Assembly (NCBI GenBank): GCA_963764725.1
Contig: CAVXTM010000007.1
Coordinates: 29,230-93,229, forward strand
DNA: 64,000 nt
Direction: 5' to 3'
Source of the DNA: an uncultured Gammaproteobacteria bacterium
GTDB taxonomy: Bacteria; Pseudomonadota; Gammaproteobacteria; JACCXJ01
Shown here in pieces: positions 20,882-29,800 of this stretch; positions within the stretch are counted from its first letter, which is position 1, and each line of letters begins with the position of its first letter. The notes under the pieces were generated by a model, which was given only the letters and a program-made list of their open reading frames with translations, was not told the origin of the DNA and ran no database searches. The position numbers and the translations under genes are program-made.

Positions 20882-23017
20882 TCATGCGGCTCCTGGTTCT
20901 TTGCCGAGGGCCACCCCGGAGCGGCGCTCCTCTAGCATACGCTTGACGTAGTGCGCGGTTTCGGCCGCGGCGCGCTCCGGGCGCTTGCCATGGGCGTGGA
21001 TACCGCAAACCGCGGTAGTGCAGGAATGATCGAGCCCTGGGTCCCACCGCGGGCGGCCCGCCGCATCGCGGCCATAGGTCAAGTAGGCGGAAAGTGTATC
21101 GAGACCGGTTCCGGGACGCTCCCCGATAAAATGCACGATCACGTCCGCACCGATCAAGGCGCCGATATGGTATCCGGCCCGCACCCGCCCATCGGTCACG
21201 ACGATATCGATATCGCCTAGGCGGCAATCGGCCAGGGCGTGCCTAAAGGCAGGCAGGACGGCGCGCAGGTTTTCGTTGACCGCGTTGGCATTGAGCCCAT
21301 CGGAAATCACGACTTGCACCTGCGGCTTGCGAGACGGATAGAGGGAGCGCACGGCCGCGCTATCAACGCTCCGGATGCGTTCACCGGCGGCCGGATGGGC
21401 GATGTAATCGTCCCGATTTTCGGCCGCGGATCGCACCCGAAGACGGCGCGGACACACATCACCGACCACGGCATCTGCCAAGCTGGCGTAAAGCGCGTTA
21501 CGGGCGTGGGTGTAGATCCCATCCAGCCGTGCCTGAACCTCGGGCGGCGCGGCATACGCTCCGGCATAGCCGTATCCGAGATCGAAGCCCTTTTGTTGCA
21601 TTGCCGCAAGCCGCTTGCGTCCTTCCTCGCACAGCAATTCCCTGGCTCGGGTGTCGCCGCCGGCCTTGCGGTAGGACGCATACAGATCGACCGTAGCCTC
21701 GGCCGGCGGCCGGACAGCACCGGCCGCTGACATGACACCGAGATCGGTCAAACGCTTCCGCATCTCGGTCGTAATGCGGCCGCCGCATAACTCTCTCAAG
21801 CGCGGGTGTTGCCGGAATGACGTGGTCATATAACCCAGCATCGGATCCGCATTCCCGGCCACCGCCATCAGGTAGGCAGGGGCGGCCTCGGCGACGATGG
21901 ACTGCGTCAGGCTGTGCAATTCTGCCGGGGCGACCCCCATGTGAAAAGTCGAGCAGACATCGAGGCCCATCGTCAACCCGTGGAGCTTCGCCATGACCGT
22001 GTCCTCGAGGCAGGTCCGGCGGAGCTGATCAGGGCTGCTAAAAACCTCGGGACCGATAAATCCGGCCACGTCGTTCACGATCATCCATGCGGGTCGATCC
22101 GGAAAACGCTTGCGTGACGCCTGTCCGATGGCCCTGGCGACGCCGTAGGTACGGGCTTCCAAAGTCACCATGTCGACGCCTTCGGCGGCGCCGTTGGTAA
22201 CCTCCGATCCCTGACCCGTCTCGAAATACAGGCCATCGAACCCGAACGCGAGATCGGCGATCCCACCGACATCCAGCCCGACCATGCCGAGCAAGGCCTT
22301 GGACGTTCCCGCGAGGCTCTGAAACCCCACATCCACGCGAGTCCGCCGGCGCGCCTCGGTCTGCTTCACGATATCGGAGAGCACGCAGTAGCGCGTCGGC
22401 AACTCCAGCCGATCCACCACGTTTTGCAGCAGACGTTCCAAGCGCACGATGGTCTCGACATCATCGCTCGCCGGGTTCAATCCTATGATCACATCGCCGC
22501 AGCCGTAGCACAGTCCTTCGAGGATAGAGAACAAGATCTCTTCTTCGTCATCGCCCGGGCTGTTGGGCTGGATGCGCGCGCCGAAATGCTCCGACGCCCC
22601 GAGGGCGACGCCCTCTGCGGGCCCCGTAGCGGGCAGAGGATTAAACAAGCGCTTGGCGATATGAGAAAGGTCGGCATTGTCCATCAGCTTGACGACCGCC
22701 GCGATCATCTCGCTGCTCAAGCGCGCGCCATACTCACGGGCCCAGCGCGGCCCCGCGGGCGCCAATAAGCTATCCTTAACCTGATTGAGCGTGAGACGTG
22801 CAATGTCACTGGGAACGGGCTTCAAGGTCCGCAACAGCGATTCGCTGAGGGCATCCTCGACCAGCACGGTCGCGGCCAGCGTCCGCAGCTTGACGGCGCC
22901 AAGTACCCGGCGAGCTTCCGAGCGTACGGCGTTATCACGGGTTCCGCCGACCAAAAGATCCCCTTCCTTGAAGTCATTCGCGAGGACGAAGAGTTTTTGC
23001 AGCGTTTGGCGATCCAC
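20882..23017 (-). CDS. eutBC: ethanolamine ammonia-lyase, fused large (EutB) and small (EutC) subunits
   Basis: A single 711-aa ORF. The N-terminal ~450 aa are EutB-like. The C-terminal part carries EutC segments QVQVVISDGLNANAV, IGERPGTGL and ...MLEERRSGVAL. Confidence 0.88.
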   Translation of the reverse strand: MDRQTLQKLFVLANDFKEGDLLVGGTRDNAVRSEARRVLGAVKLRTLAATVLVEDALSESLLRTLKPVPSDIARLTLNQVKDSLLAPAGPRWAREYGARLSSEMIAAVVKLMDNADLSHIAKRLFNPLPATGPAEGVALGASEHFGARIQPNSPGDDEEEILFSILEGLCYGCGDVIIGLNPASDDVETIVRLERLLQNVVDRLELPTRYCVLSDIVKQTEARRRTRVDVGFQSLAGTSKALLGMVGLDVGGIADLAFGFDGLYFETGQGSEVTNGAAEGVDMVTLEARTYGVARAIGQASRKRFPDRPAWMIVNDVAGFIGPEVFSSPDQLRRTCLEDTVMAKLHGLTMGLDVCSTFHMGVAPAELHSLTQSIVAEAAPAYLMAVAGNADPMLGYMTTSFRQHPRLRELCGGRITTEMRKRLTDLGVMSAAGAVRPPAEATVDLYASYRKAGGDTRARELLCEEGRKRLAAMQQKGFDLGYGYAGAYAAPPEVQARLDGIYTHARNALYASLADAVVGDVCPRRLRVRSAAENRDDYIAHPAAGERIRSVDSAAVRSLYPSRKPQVQVVISDGLNANAVNENLRAVLPAFRHALADCRLGDIDIVVTDGRVRAGYHIGALIGADVIVHFIGERPGTGLDTLSAYLTYGRDAAGRPRWDPGLDHSCTTAVCGIHAHGKRPERAAAETAHYVKRMLEERRSGVALGKEPGAA

Positions 23018-23029
23018 GTGCGGCGGCGA

Positions 23030-23308
23030 TCACTCCCGATCTCGGTGCACGCTGCCGGGAGGAAAGGCCGGAACGCATACCGCCATGTATTCGGCCCCCC
23101 GGGCGTGCTGTACTGGACCCACTCCCCAGCCCGGGGCGATCACGGCCTGCCCGCCGCTGACCTCGATGACGCTGCTTTTTGTCGTAACCCACAGGCTGCC
23201 CCGTAGCACCACGGTGTATTCATCGACTTCGGGTGTTTGGCCCGGCGACGATTGGAAAGACAGAAAATCGTGCGTCAACCGGCGCGAGCGCGCCGTGCCG
23301 CGCCGCAA
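23030..23308 (-). CDS. cupin-domain protein (N-terminus uncertain)
   Basis: EYTVVLRGSLWV...GQAVIAPG...YMAVCVPAFPPGSVHRD is beta-barrel cupin-like. It begins at a TTG just after an in-frame stop, so the 5' end may be damaged. Confidence 0.45.
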   Translation of the reverse strand: MRRGTARSRRLTHDFLSFQSSPGQTPEVDEYTVVLRGSLWVTTKSSVIEVSGGQAVIAPGWGVGPVQHARGAEYMAVCVPAFPPGSVHRDRE

Positions 23309-23347
23309 CGCACGGATAAAGGCGCATCAATTTTTTCGGACAACCGA

Positions 23348-23623
23348 TCAGAACCGTTTGGGTCTCCTGGGGCGATCATCGGTTTTCGGTCTGGCCACAT
23401 TGACCGTGATATTCCTTCCACTAAGCATCGACCCATTGAGCTCTTTAATGGCTTTCTCAGCTTCGGCCTGGATGGGCATCTCGACGAACGCGAAGCCCTT
23501 GGACTGGCTGCTGAATTTGTCCGTGATGATCTTAGCTGACTCGACTTGGCCGAATGCGGCAAACGCATTGCGCAGTTCATCGTCCGTGACCCGATACGAC
23601 AAGTTACCGACATAAATATTCAT
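23348..23623 (-). CDS. RRM-type RNA-binding protein
   Basis: RNP2 IYVGNL and RNP1 KGFAFVEM, with a basic C-terminal tail; 91 aa. Confidence 0.9.
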   Translation of the reverse strand: MNIYVGNLSYRVTDDELRNAFAAFGQVESAKIITDKFSSQSKGFAFVEMPIQAEAEKAIKELNGSMLSGRNITVNVARPKTDDRPRRPKRF

Positions 23624-23984
23624 AATCTATTCATCCCCGAAAATGCGCTATTGACTTAGGAACGCCAGAGCTCAACCAATAGCACAAAATTTGAGCACTG
23701 ACTCTCAATGCACTGATGAGTACCGTGTGCTTGGCACTCGGTACATCCAAAACTGTCGGCGTGTCTAACGGGTCCACGAGATACGCAGCGAAAATCGCTG
23801 AACGGGCGAGGTCGTTTGAAGTGTCAGAAAGCCGTAATCACTAAGCGGGCATCGTCGTTTCAAGGGGCATACCTTCCGCTTCGCTCGATAGCCACCTTGA
23901 GAGCGTAGTATAGCGTTTTTTTTACCGTGGTAGATAGGGATCACTGATGCCTGAAAAGTGCGTGTTCCGGCGGATCACAACGTA

Positions 23985-24497
23985 TCAAGGGAGCCCTTGG
24001 GTTCTGCGCAACTCCTTGGCGATCACACGCGCGAGATTCTTGTTCCGCGCATCGCGTAGCGCAAGCTCCGCGCCCGTCCTGACCATGGCCATGGTCAGGC
24101 TGCCGGCCAGTAATAGCAGCAGCATCGCGATCCCCCAAGCGAGAAAATACGAGAGCCTCAAGGCGTCCGGGGCGCGCGACTCCCTCGCGGGCGCCTCGTC
24201 CGAGGCCGCCGTGTACGAGGCCAGCACCCGATCCAGATGCGATCCAGATTCAACCGCTTTCGCCAGGACCTCGATACGGTGGGGCATGCGGTAAAGATTC
24301 CACGCTTCGATGACCACCTTAAGTCCTATCCACAGACCCGCAATCACTAGCACGACACCCAATAGCCGCACAAAGATGTCGATGTATTGAGTTGTCGCTG
24401 AGGCGAATCGTGACTCCTCGGGCAGCTCCTGCGGAGTGTATGACATCGCGAGTTTAGAGGGTCGGACTGGCCAGATTTTATCGGCTTCTACTCGCAC
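23985..24497 (-). CDS. hypothetical two-TM membrane protein
   Basis: ORF with two clear hydrophobic helices. MSYTPQEL (24446) is a plausible alternative start. No recognisable family. Confidence 0.4.
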   Translation of the reverse strand: MRVEADKIWPVRPSKLAMSYTPQELPEESRFASATTQYIDIFVRLLGVVLVIAGLWIGLKVVIEAWNLYRMPHRIEVLAKAVESGSHLDRVLASYTAASDEAPARESRAPDALRLSYFLAWGIAMLLLLLAGSLTMAMVRTGAELALRDARNKNLARVIAKELRRTQGLP

Positions 24498-24728
24498 GGC
24501 TGCGCTAGTATGTTATTCACGTTCGGTCTAACCGCCCGTATCGAGAAGGAGATCGTCGCAATGCGGCATGATCTATCAAGATCTCAGCGCCGTCAATTGG
24601 GCATTCGGCGCGTCCCCGCAAAAGCCGGTACCCTCGGATAGCGAGATCACCGGCAACGGGGTCACAAAGGGATAAGGTTTAATTTGGCATTCCCCCCGGC
24701 CTGTGTTCCAATTGAAGGGAGGTCCAGC

Positions 24729-26036
24729 ATGGAGGTCGCAATGGTATCTATTGCCGGAACCCGGCGGATAGCGCCGGGGGATGCTGAGGAGCCGCTGGCG
24801 TTTGCGCCGCGCTACGTTGCAGTGCGGCGCGCAACCGAAGAGTTGTGCCGGCCGCTTGCGACGGAAGATTACGGGCTGCAGGCCATGGCGGATGCAAGCC
24901 CACCGAAGTGGCATCTGGCGCATACCACCTGGTTTTTCGAAACCTTCCTGCTAAAACCGTTTCTGCACGCTTATTCGGTTTTCCATCCGCGGTTTGAATA
25001 TCTCTTCAACTCCTACTATCAAACGATCGGCGCGCAGTTTCCACGCACAGAGCGCGGTTTGTTATCCCGCCCCACGGTGGCAGAGGTCTATCGCTATCGC
25101 GCCCATGTGGACGCGGCCATGGCAGCGTTGCTGACGGAAGCAAGTGCAGACGATTTCGCCGAGGTCGCACGCCGCACGACACTCGGCTGTCATCACGAAC
25201 AACAGCATCAGGAGTTGTTGCTCACCGACATCAAGTACAACTTCTCACTCAATCCGCTGCGCCCGGCCTATCGCGCTGATTTGCCCGAAGCCCATAAACC
25301 GGGGCCCGCGCCATTGATTTGGATCGATTACCAGGGCGGTGTGCACGAGGTCGGCCACGCCGGTGCGGACTTCGCCTTCGATAACGAGCTGCCGCGGCAC
25401 AGCGTGTATCTCCGGCCTTATGCGCTCGCTGCGCGGCTCGTCACCTGCGGAGAATACCTCGAATTCATCGCAGCCGGCGGTTACCGCCGCCCCGATCTCT
25501 GGCTCGCCGATGGTTGGCGCACGGCATGCGAGCGCGGTTGGCAGGCGCCGCTTTACTGGGAGCAGATCGACGGGCGCTGGTGGCAGTTCACGCTTGCGGG
25601 AATGCGGTCGGTGAACGAGAACGAGCCGCTTTGTCATGTAAGCTTTTACGAAGCCGATGCCTACGCACGCTTTCTCGGCAAGCGTTTGCCGAGCGAGCAA
25701 GAGTGGGAAGTCGCCACCGGCGGATTACCGATTGCAGGCAACTTGCGCGACAGCGGTTATCTGCACCCGGTGCCGGCCGCGCCGGGCGCGTTGCCGCTGC
25801 AACGCTTTGGCGATGCATGGGAGTGGACGCAAAGCGCATATGCGCCGTATCCCGGCTATCGGCCGCCCGCAGGTGCGCTCGGCGAATATAACGGCAAGTT
25901 TATGGTGAACCAGATAGTGTTGCGCGGCGGCTCCTGCGCAACACCCGCGGATCACCTGCGCGCCACCTATCGCAACTTCTTCTATCCCGCGGATCGCTGG
26001 CAGTTCTCCGGCATACGCTTAGCGGAGGACAGATGA
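24729..26036 (+). CDS. egtB: ergothioneine biosynthesis sulfoxide synthase EgtB (DinB-like + FGE-sulfatase domains)
   Basis: LAHTTWFFETFLL, HHEQQHQELLLTDIKY, C-terminal GDAWEWTQSAY...RGGSCATP. An ATGA stop/start overlap links it to egtD. Confidence 0.85.
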   Translation: MEVAMVSIAGTRRIAPGDAEEPLAFAPRYVAVRRATEELCRPLATEDYGLQAMADASPPKWHLAHTTWFFETFLLKPFLHAYSVFHPRFEYLFNSYYQTIGAQFPRTERGLLSRPTVAEVYRYRAHVDAAMAALLTEASADDFAEVARRTTLGCHHEQQHQELLLTDIKYNFSLNPLRPAYRADLPEAHKPGPAPLIWIDYQGGVHEVGHAGADFAFDNELPRHSVYLRPYALAARLVTCGEYLEFIAAGGYRRPDLWLADGWRTACERGWQAPLYWEQIDGRWWQFTLAGMRSVNENEPLCHVSFYEADAYARFLGKRLPSEQEWEVATGGLPIAGNLRDSGYLHPVPAAPGALPLQRFGDAWEWTQSAYAPYPGYRPPAGALGEYNGKFMVNQIVLRGGSCATPADHLRATYRNFFYPADRWQFSGIRLAEDR

Positions 26037-26998
26037 AAATACAACCGGTACTTATCCACGGCGAGGCGCCGGAGAGTTCCGATTTTCGGTACAACGTGTT
26101 GCGCGGTTTGAGCGCACAACCGAAACACATTCCACCGAAGTTTTTTTACGATCGCCGTGGCTCGGCGCTTTTCGAGGATATCTGCCGTTTACCGGAGTAT
26201 TACCTGACGCGCATCGAAACGGCCATTCTAAGTCGCTGCGCCCGCGAAATCGCGAAGCTTACCGGTCCCGACAGCGTGCTAATCGAGCTTGGCAGCGGCG
26301 CAAGCCGCAAGGTGCGTCTGCTGCTAGAAACGCTGCGGCCGTCGGTTTACCTTGCGGTGGACATCTCGCGGGAATTCCTGCTCGATTCCACGCGCCGGCT
26401 TGCACGCGATTATCCATGGCTCGAAGTGCATGCTGCCTGCGCCGATTTGTGCACGCCGTTTTCGGTTACGGGCCTGCCGCAAGTGGGACGACGGCTTGCG
26501 TTCTATCCGGGATCGAGTATTGGCAACTTCGATCCGGACGAGGCACGCGCTTTACTGAGCGGCCTATGCCCGCTGCTCGGCCGCGACGGCGCGCTGGTGA
26601 TTGGCGTGGATTCGAAGAAAGACCCGTCGATTCTGCACGCCGCTTACAACGACAGTGCCGGTATTACCGCAATGTTCAATCTCAATCTGCTAGTGCGTCT
26701 GCGGCGCGAGTTACTCGCCGACGTTGATAGTGCAGCATTTGCGCACGCTGCGTTCTACAACCAAGCAGCCGGCCGCATCGAGATGCATCTGGTGAGTCTC
26801 CAAGCGCAACGCATTCGCGTTGACGGGGTGTCTTTCACGTTTGCGGAAGGGGAAACCATTCACACCGAAAGCTCCTACAAATACACGCCCGCCGAGTTCC
26901 ACGCGCTCGCCGACACCGCCGGTTACAAGGTTGAGCGCACCTGGACCGATCCGGACCAGATGTTCAGCGTGTACTACCTGCGCGTGGCGACCTATTGA
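26033..26998 (+). CDS. egtD: L-histidine N-alpha-methyltransferase EgtD
   Basis: PKFFYDRRGSALFEDICRLPEYYLTRIE, ELGSGASRK, SYKYT motifs typical of EgtD. Confidence 0.9.
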   Translation: MKIQPVLIHGEAPESSDFRYNVLRGLSAQPKHIPPKFFYDRRGSALFEDICRLPEYYLTRIETAILSRCAREIAKLTGPDSVLIELGSGASRKVRLLLETLRPSVYLAVDISREFLLDSTRRLARDYPWLEVHAACADLCTPFSVTGLPQVGRRLAFYPGSSIGNFDPDEARALLSGLCPLLGRDGALVIGVDSKKDPSILHAAYNDSAGITAMFNLNLLVRLRRELLADVDSAAFAHAAFYNQAAGRIEMHLVSLQAQRIRVDGVSFTFAEGETIHTESSYKYTPAEFHALADTAGYKVERTWTDPDQMFSVYYLRVATY

Positions 26999-27055
26999 CC
27001 ACCCGTCTATTACAGGAGCAACAGGCGCGGGTGCTTGACATCATTCTCAAATTTA

Positions 27056-27160
27056 TTCCCGCGGTCTTGCCGCGGGATCCTTAGCCATGGGGTTTCCAAA
27101 GGGGAGAGGCGCAGCTCTCCCCTTTGGTCGCCCCACGGGGTTCATACCCCGTGGTGGCGA
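27056..27160 (+). repeat. triple-hairpin intergenic repeat, copy C (all three stems perfect)
   Basis: cccgcgg-tcttg-ccgcggg (7 bp), ggggagag-gcgcag-ctctcccc (8 bp), ccacgggg-ttcata-ccccgtgg (8 bp). Lies between convergent egtD and the flippase-like gene. Confidence 0.85.
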
Positions 27161-27190
27161 AATCAAATTGATTCTCCTTCGGCGGAGCGA

Positions 27191-28156
27191 TCATGGCCGG
27201 ACGCGATCGAGCGCCTCGCGCCCGGCAAGCAACGCGGCGGCCAGTGAGAGCGGGACCAAGTGATAAACGGCGCGGTAGAGCAACAGCGCCGCCGTGAGAG
27301 ATTCGGTCGAAATCAAGCTTTGAAAGCTCAGGAGCAAGATGCTCTCAAAGACGCCGAGCCCGCCCGGCACATGGCTCACCATGCCCGCGAGCGTCGCGAC
27401 CGAATAGACGGCGAGGAAGGCGATGAAGGGCACATCCGGTGCGTTCAATAGCACGTACAAGCACCCCCCGGCGAACACGATGTCCGCGAGGGTGAAGAAC
27501 AACTGCGCCATCGCGATCCGCCCGCTCGGCAATCGAAACCGCCAACGGCCGATCGGCATCGGCGCGCGCCGGAAAAAGATCAGAACAGCCAAGGTCACGA
27601 ACAGGGCTAATCCGGAGACGCCGAGGCCGTGCAATAGTCCAGGCGGAACCGGTAGAAAGCGGCCAATGAGATCCGGGTGCAGGGTCAAAGCGGCCGCCCC
27701 CAGGACAAAGTTTCCGATCCCGTAGGCGACCATGCCAAAGAGGGTGACCTGGGCTACATCCAAGGTGCCGAGGCCGGCCGGGACATAGATACGGTAGCGC
27801 ACCGAACCGCCCGAGACGATGTTGACGCCCACGGTATTGGCAATCGCGCAACCGCAGAAAGCCGCAAAGGCCACGGTGCGAAAGGCCACCGCCTGCCCGA
27901 TGTAACGGAGCGCCGACCAGTCATAGCCGATGAGCACCGTGTAGCTCGCGGCCGTTAGTAAAAATGCGAGCCCCAATTGCCCGGGGGAAAGCTGCCGCAC
28001 CTCGGCGAGCATGCGGTTGACATCCAGCTCTTGCAGAAGGTGATAGATTGCTGCGCTCGCGGCCAAAAACAGGGCGAGCGACAAGAGCGGCATGAGCACG
28101 CGCTGCCCGCGGTTCGGCGGCACCATCGCCCGCGCGATCTCATTGGCATCCGTCAT
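27191..28156 (-). CDS. LPG-synthase-TM / UPF0104 'flippase-like' membrane protein
   Basis: Multi-TM protein resembling the N-terminal half of MprF (GGSVRYRIY, VPGGLGVFE motifs also occur in 13607-16195). Likely start MTDANEIA (28156); the track ORF extends into the repeat at 28163-28280. Confidence 0.7.
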   Translation of the reverse strand: MTDANEIARAMVPPNRGQRVLMPLLSLALFLAASAAIYHLLQELDVNRMLAEVRQLSPGQLGLAFLLTAASYTVLIGYDWSALRYIGQAVAFRTVAFAAFCGCAIANTVGVNIVSGGSVRYRIYVPAGLGTLDVAQVTLFGMVAYGIGNFVLGAAALTLHPDLIGRFLPVPPGLLHGLGVSGLALFVTLAVLIFFRRAPMPIGRWRFRLPSGRIAMAQLFFTLADIVFAGGCLYVLLNAPDVPFIAFLAVYSVATLAGMVSHVPGGLGVFESILLLSFQSLISTESLTAALLLYRAVYHLVPLSLAAALLAGREALDRVRP

Positions 28157-28162
28157 TGGGCG

Positions 28163-28280
28163 TCCATACTTACTCTTTCGACTTTGATCTGAGACAATCG
28201 GGTTGATGCGGACATTATACATTTGTGGATCGATGAACTAGACGCGGATGGTGCATCAGGTCGCTGGGAAGTTGCCGCTC
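28163..28280 (+). repeat. direct repeat, left copy (decayed duplicate of the promoter and first ~25 codons of the gene at 35216)
   Basis: Aligns without gaps to 35173-35290 at a constant offset of 7010 nt, about 105/118 identical by hand count. It reads MRTLYICGSMN* where the right copy reads MRALYICGSINQTRMLHQVARQLPQ. Confidence 0.85.
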
Positions 28281-28317
28281 TGGTAGCCACGATACTAGTT
28301 CACCGCGGAGGCATGAC

Positions 28318-29214
28318 ATGGGCGAATCGAAATCAAGGCTGCGGCAGCTGTGGAAGACCTTCGAATGCGAGGAAGCCAAGATGGTGGTAGTGCCGTTCGG
28401 CCCCGACCGGATCCGGATCGCACCCCCGAGCGCGCCAGCCTGGGAAGCGCTTGCAGCGGTCTTGCGGCACCATCACTACGACATCCGCACCACCGACGCC
28501 GACAGCTTCAACTGCCGCAATATCAAGGGTACTAACCAGAAGAGCCTCCACTCCTACGGCATTGCGCTCGACATCAACTGCAACACCAACCCGTATCTGC
28601 GGACCCCCGACAAGCGGAAAGTGCGCTTCTCCAACCAGGCGACTCAGGCCGAGCGCGGCGAGGACGTGCGGCTCGGCACCGCTGACACCGACATGACGCC
28701 AGAGCTGATCGCCGACGCGCTCGCGATCAGGACCAAGGGTGGCCAGCAGGTCCTCGAATGGGGCGGCTCGTGGGAGTCGGTCAAGGACTCGATGCATTTC
28801 GAGATCGGCGTGTCGCCCGAGGAGCTCACCACCGGTATCGACACGGCGACCGTCGCCGGCTGGGATGAGCCTGAATCCGGCCAGACCCCGGGGATGTCGA
28901 CGGTGCCGGTGCCGCCACCCGCGGCGGCGGGCAGTGGCGACCCGCATGTGGTCATCGCCCGAGACGGCCTGAAGCTCCGCGGGGGAACCGGCACCGAATT
29001 CCCGGCCATCCGCACCCTCCCGACCGACACGAAGGTAAATGTACTCGCCCGCGAGGGGCAATGGGCACTCGTGGATCTCCAGGGCGACGGCCGCGCCGAC
29101 GGCTTCGTGCACCTCGGTTTCCTACGCCCCGTGACCACCGATGGTGCCGGGGTTGCGTTGCCGCGCGCCCATGGCCGGCCGCCGCGATGTCCTCGGTCTC
29201 GTTACGGTCGATGA
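28318..29214 (+). CDS. peptidase M15 (VanY/D-Ala-D-Ala carboxypeptidase-like) with a C-terminal SH3b-like domain
   Basis: HSYGIALDIN and DSMHFE zinc-ligand motifs, a Pro/Ala linker, then VVIARDGLKLRGGTGTEFPAIRTLPTDTKVNVLAREGQWALVDL. No signal peptide. Confidence 0.7.
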   Translation: MGESKSRLRQLWKTFECEEAKMVVVPFGPDRIRIAPPSAPAWEALAAVLRHHHYDIRTTDADSFNCRNIKGTNQKSLHSYGIALDINCNTNPYLRTPDKRKVRFSNQATQAERGEDVRLGTADTDMTPELIADALAIRTKGGQQVLEWGGSWESVKDSMHFEIGVSPEELTTGIDTATVAGWDEPESGQTPGMSTVPVPPPAAAGSGDPHVVIARDGLKLRGGTGTEFPAIRTLPTDTKVNVLAREGQWALVDLQGDGRADGFVHLGFLRPVTTDGAGVALPRAHGRPPRCPRSRYGR

Positions 29215-29767
29215 GGTCGCGCAGATGTTCCCCCCAGCAACAAAGCGATCGAAGATCGAGGCCAACCTCCCGTTCGTGCTCTCCGGGCTCCGCGCCCGTG
29301 TGATCACCGACCGGCCGATGGTCCTGATGGCGCTCGCTACCATCCGCGCCGAGACCGAGGGCTTCGTCCCGATCAGCGAAGGTATCAGCCGCTTCAACAC
29401 GCGGACCACGCCCTTCGACCTCTACGATGCCGGAACTGAAAAAGCTCGCGACCTCGGCAACACGCGGCCAGGCGACGGGCCTGCCTTCAAGGGGCGCGGC
29501 TACATCCAGCTCACGGGAAGGTTCAACTACACCCGTATCGGCCTACAGGTTTCCGCCGATCTCGTCGGAGACCCCGAACTCGCCAACAATCCGGCGACTG
29601 CCGGCCTGATCCTCGCGCAGTTCCTCAAGAACAAGGAAACCGCGATCCGCGCCGCGCTGGCGAGTGACGACCTCAGGCAGGCGCGTAAGCTCGTCAACGG
29701 TGGGAGCCACGGATTCGACCACTTCAAGGATACCTACGATCGAGGGTTGAGGGTGCTGCCGGCCTGA
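29171..29767 (+). CDS. glycoside hydrolase family 19-like muramidase/chitinase (endolysin-like)
   Basis: VTVDEVAQMFP..., LGNTRPGDGPAFKGRGYIQLTGRFNY, VNGGSHGFD. The start is 29141 or 29171. It overlaps the end of the M15 gene in another frame. Confidence 0.7.
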   Translation: MAGRRDVLGLVTVDEVAQMFPPATKRSKIEANLPFVLSGLRARVITDRPMVLMALATIRAETEGFVPISEGISRFNTRTTPFDLYDAGTEKARDLGNTRPGDGPAFKGRGYIQLTGRFNYTRIGLQVSADLVGDPELANNPATAGLILAQFLKNKETAIRAALASDDLRQARKLVNGGSHGFDHFKDTYDRGLRVLPA

Positions 29768-29800
29768 CGAACTCGTAAGGCCGCCGCGTGAAAAACGCGG

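Noticed and set aside
22785-23615. 276-aa plus-strand ORF
   Set aside because: It runs antisense across eutBC, the cupin and the RRM gene, all of which have clear family motifs. Its product is Ser/Arg/Thr-rich and looks like a spurious frame.
28333-29138. Minus-strand ORFs of 259 and 164 aa antisense to the M15/SH3 gene
   Set aside because: No family resemblance and strongly biased composition. The sense strand carries clear M15 motifs.
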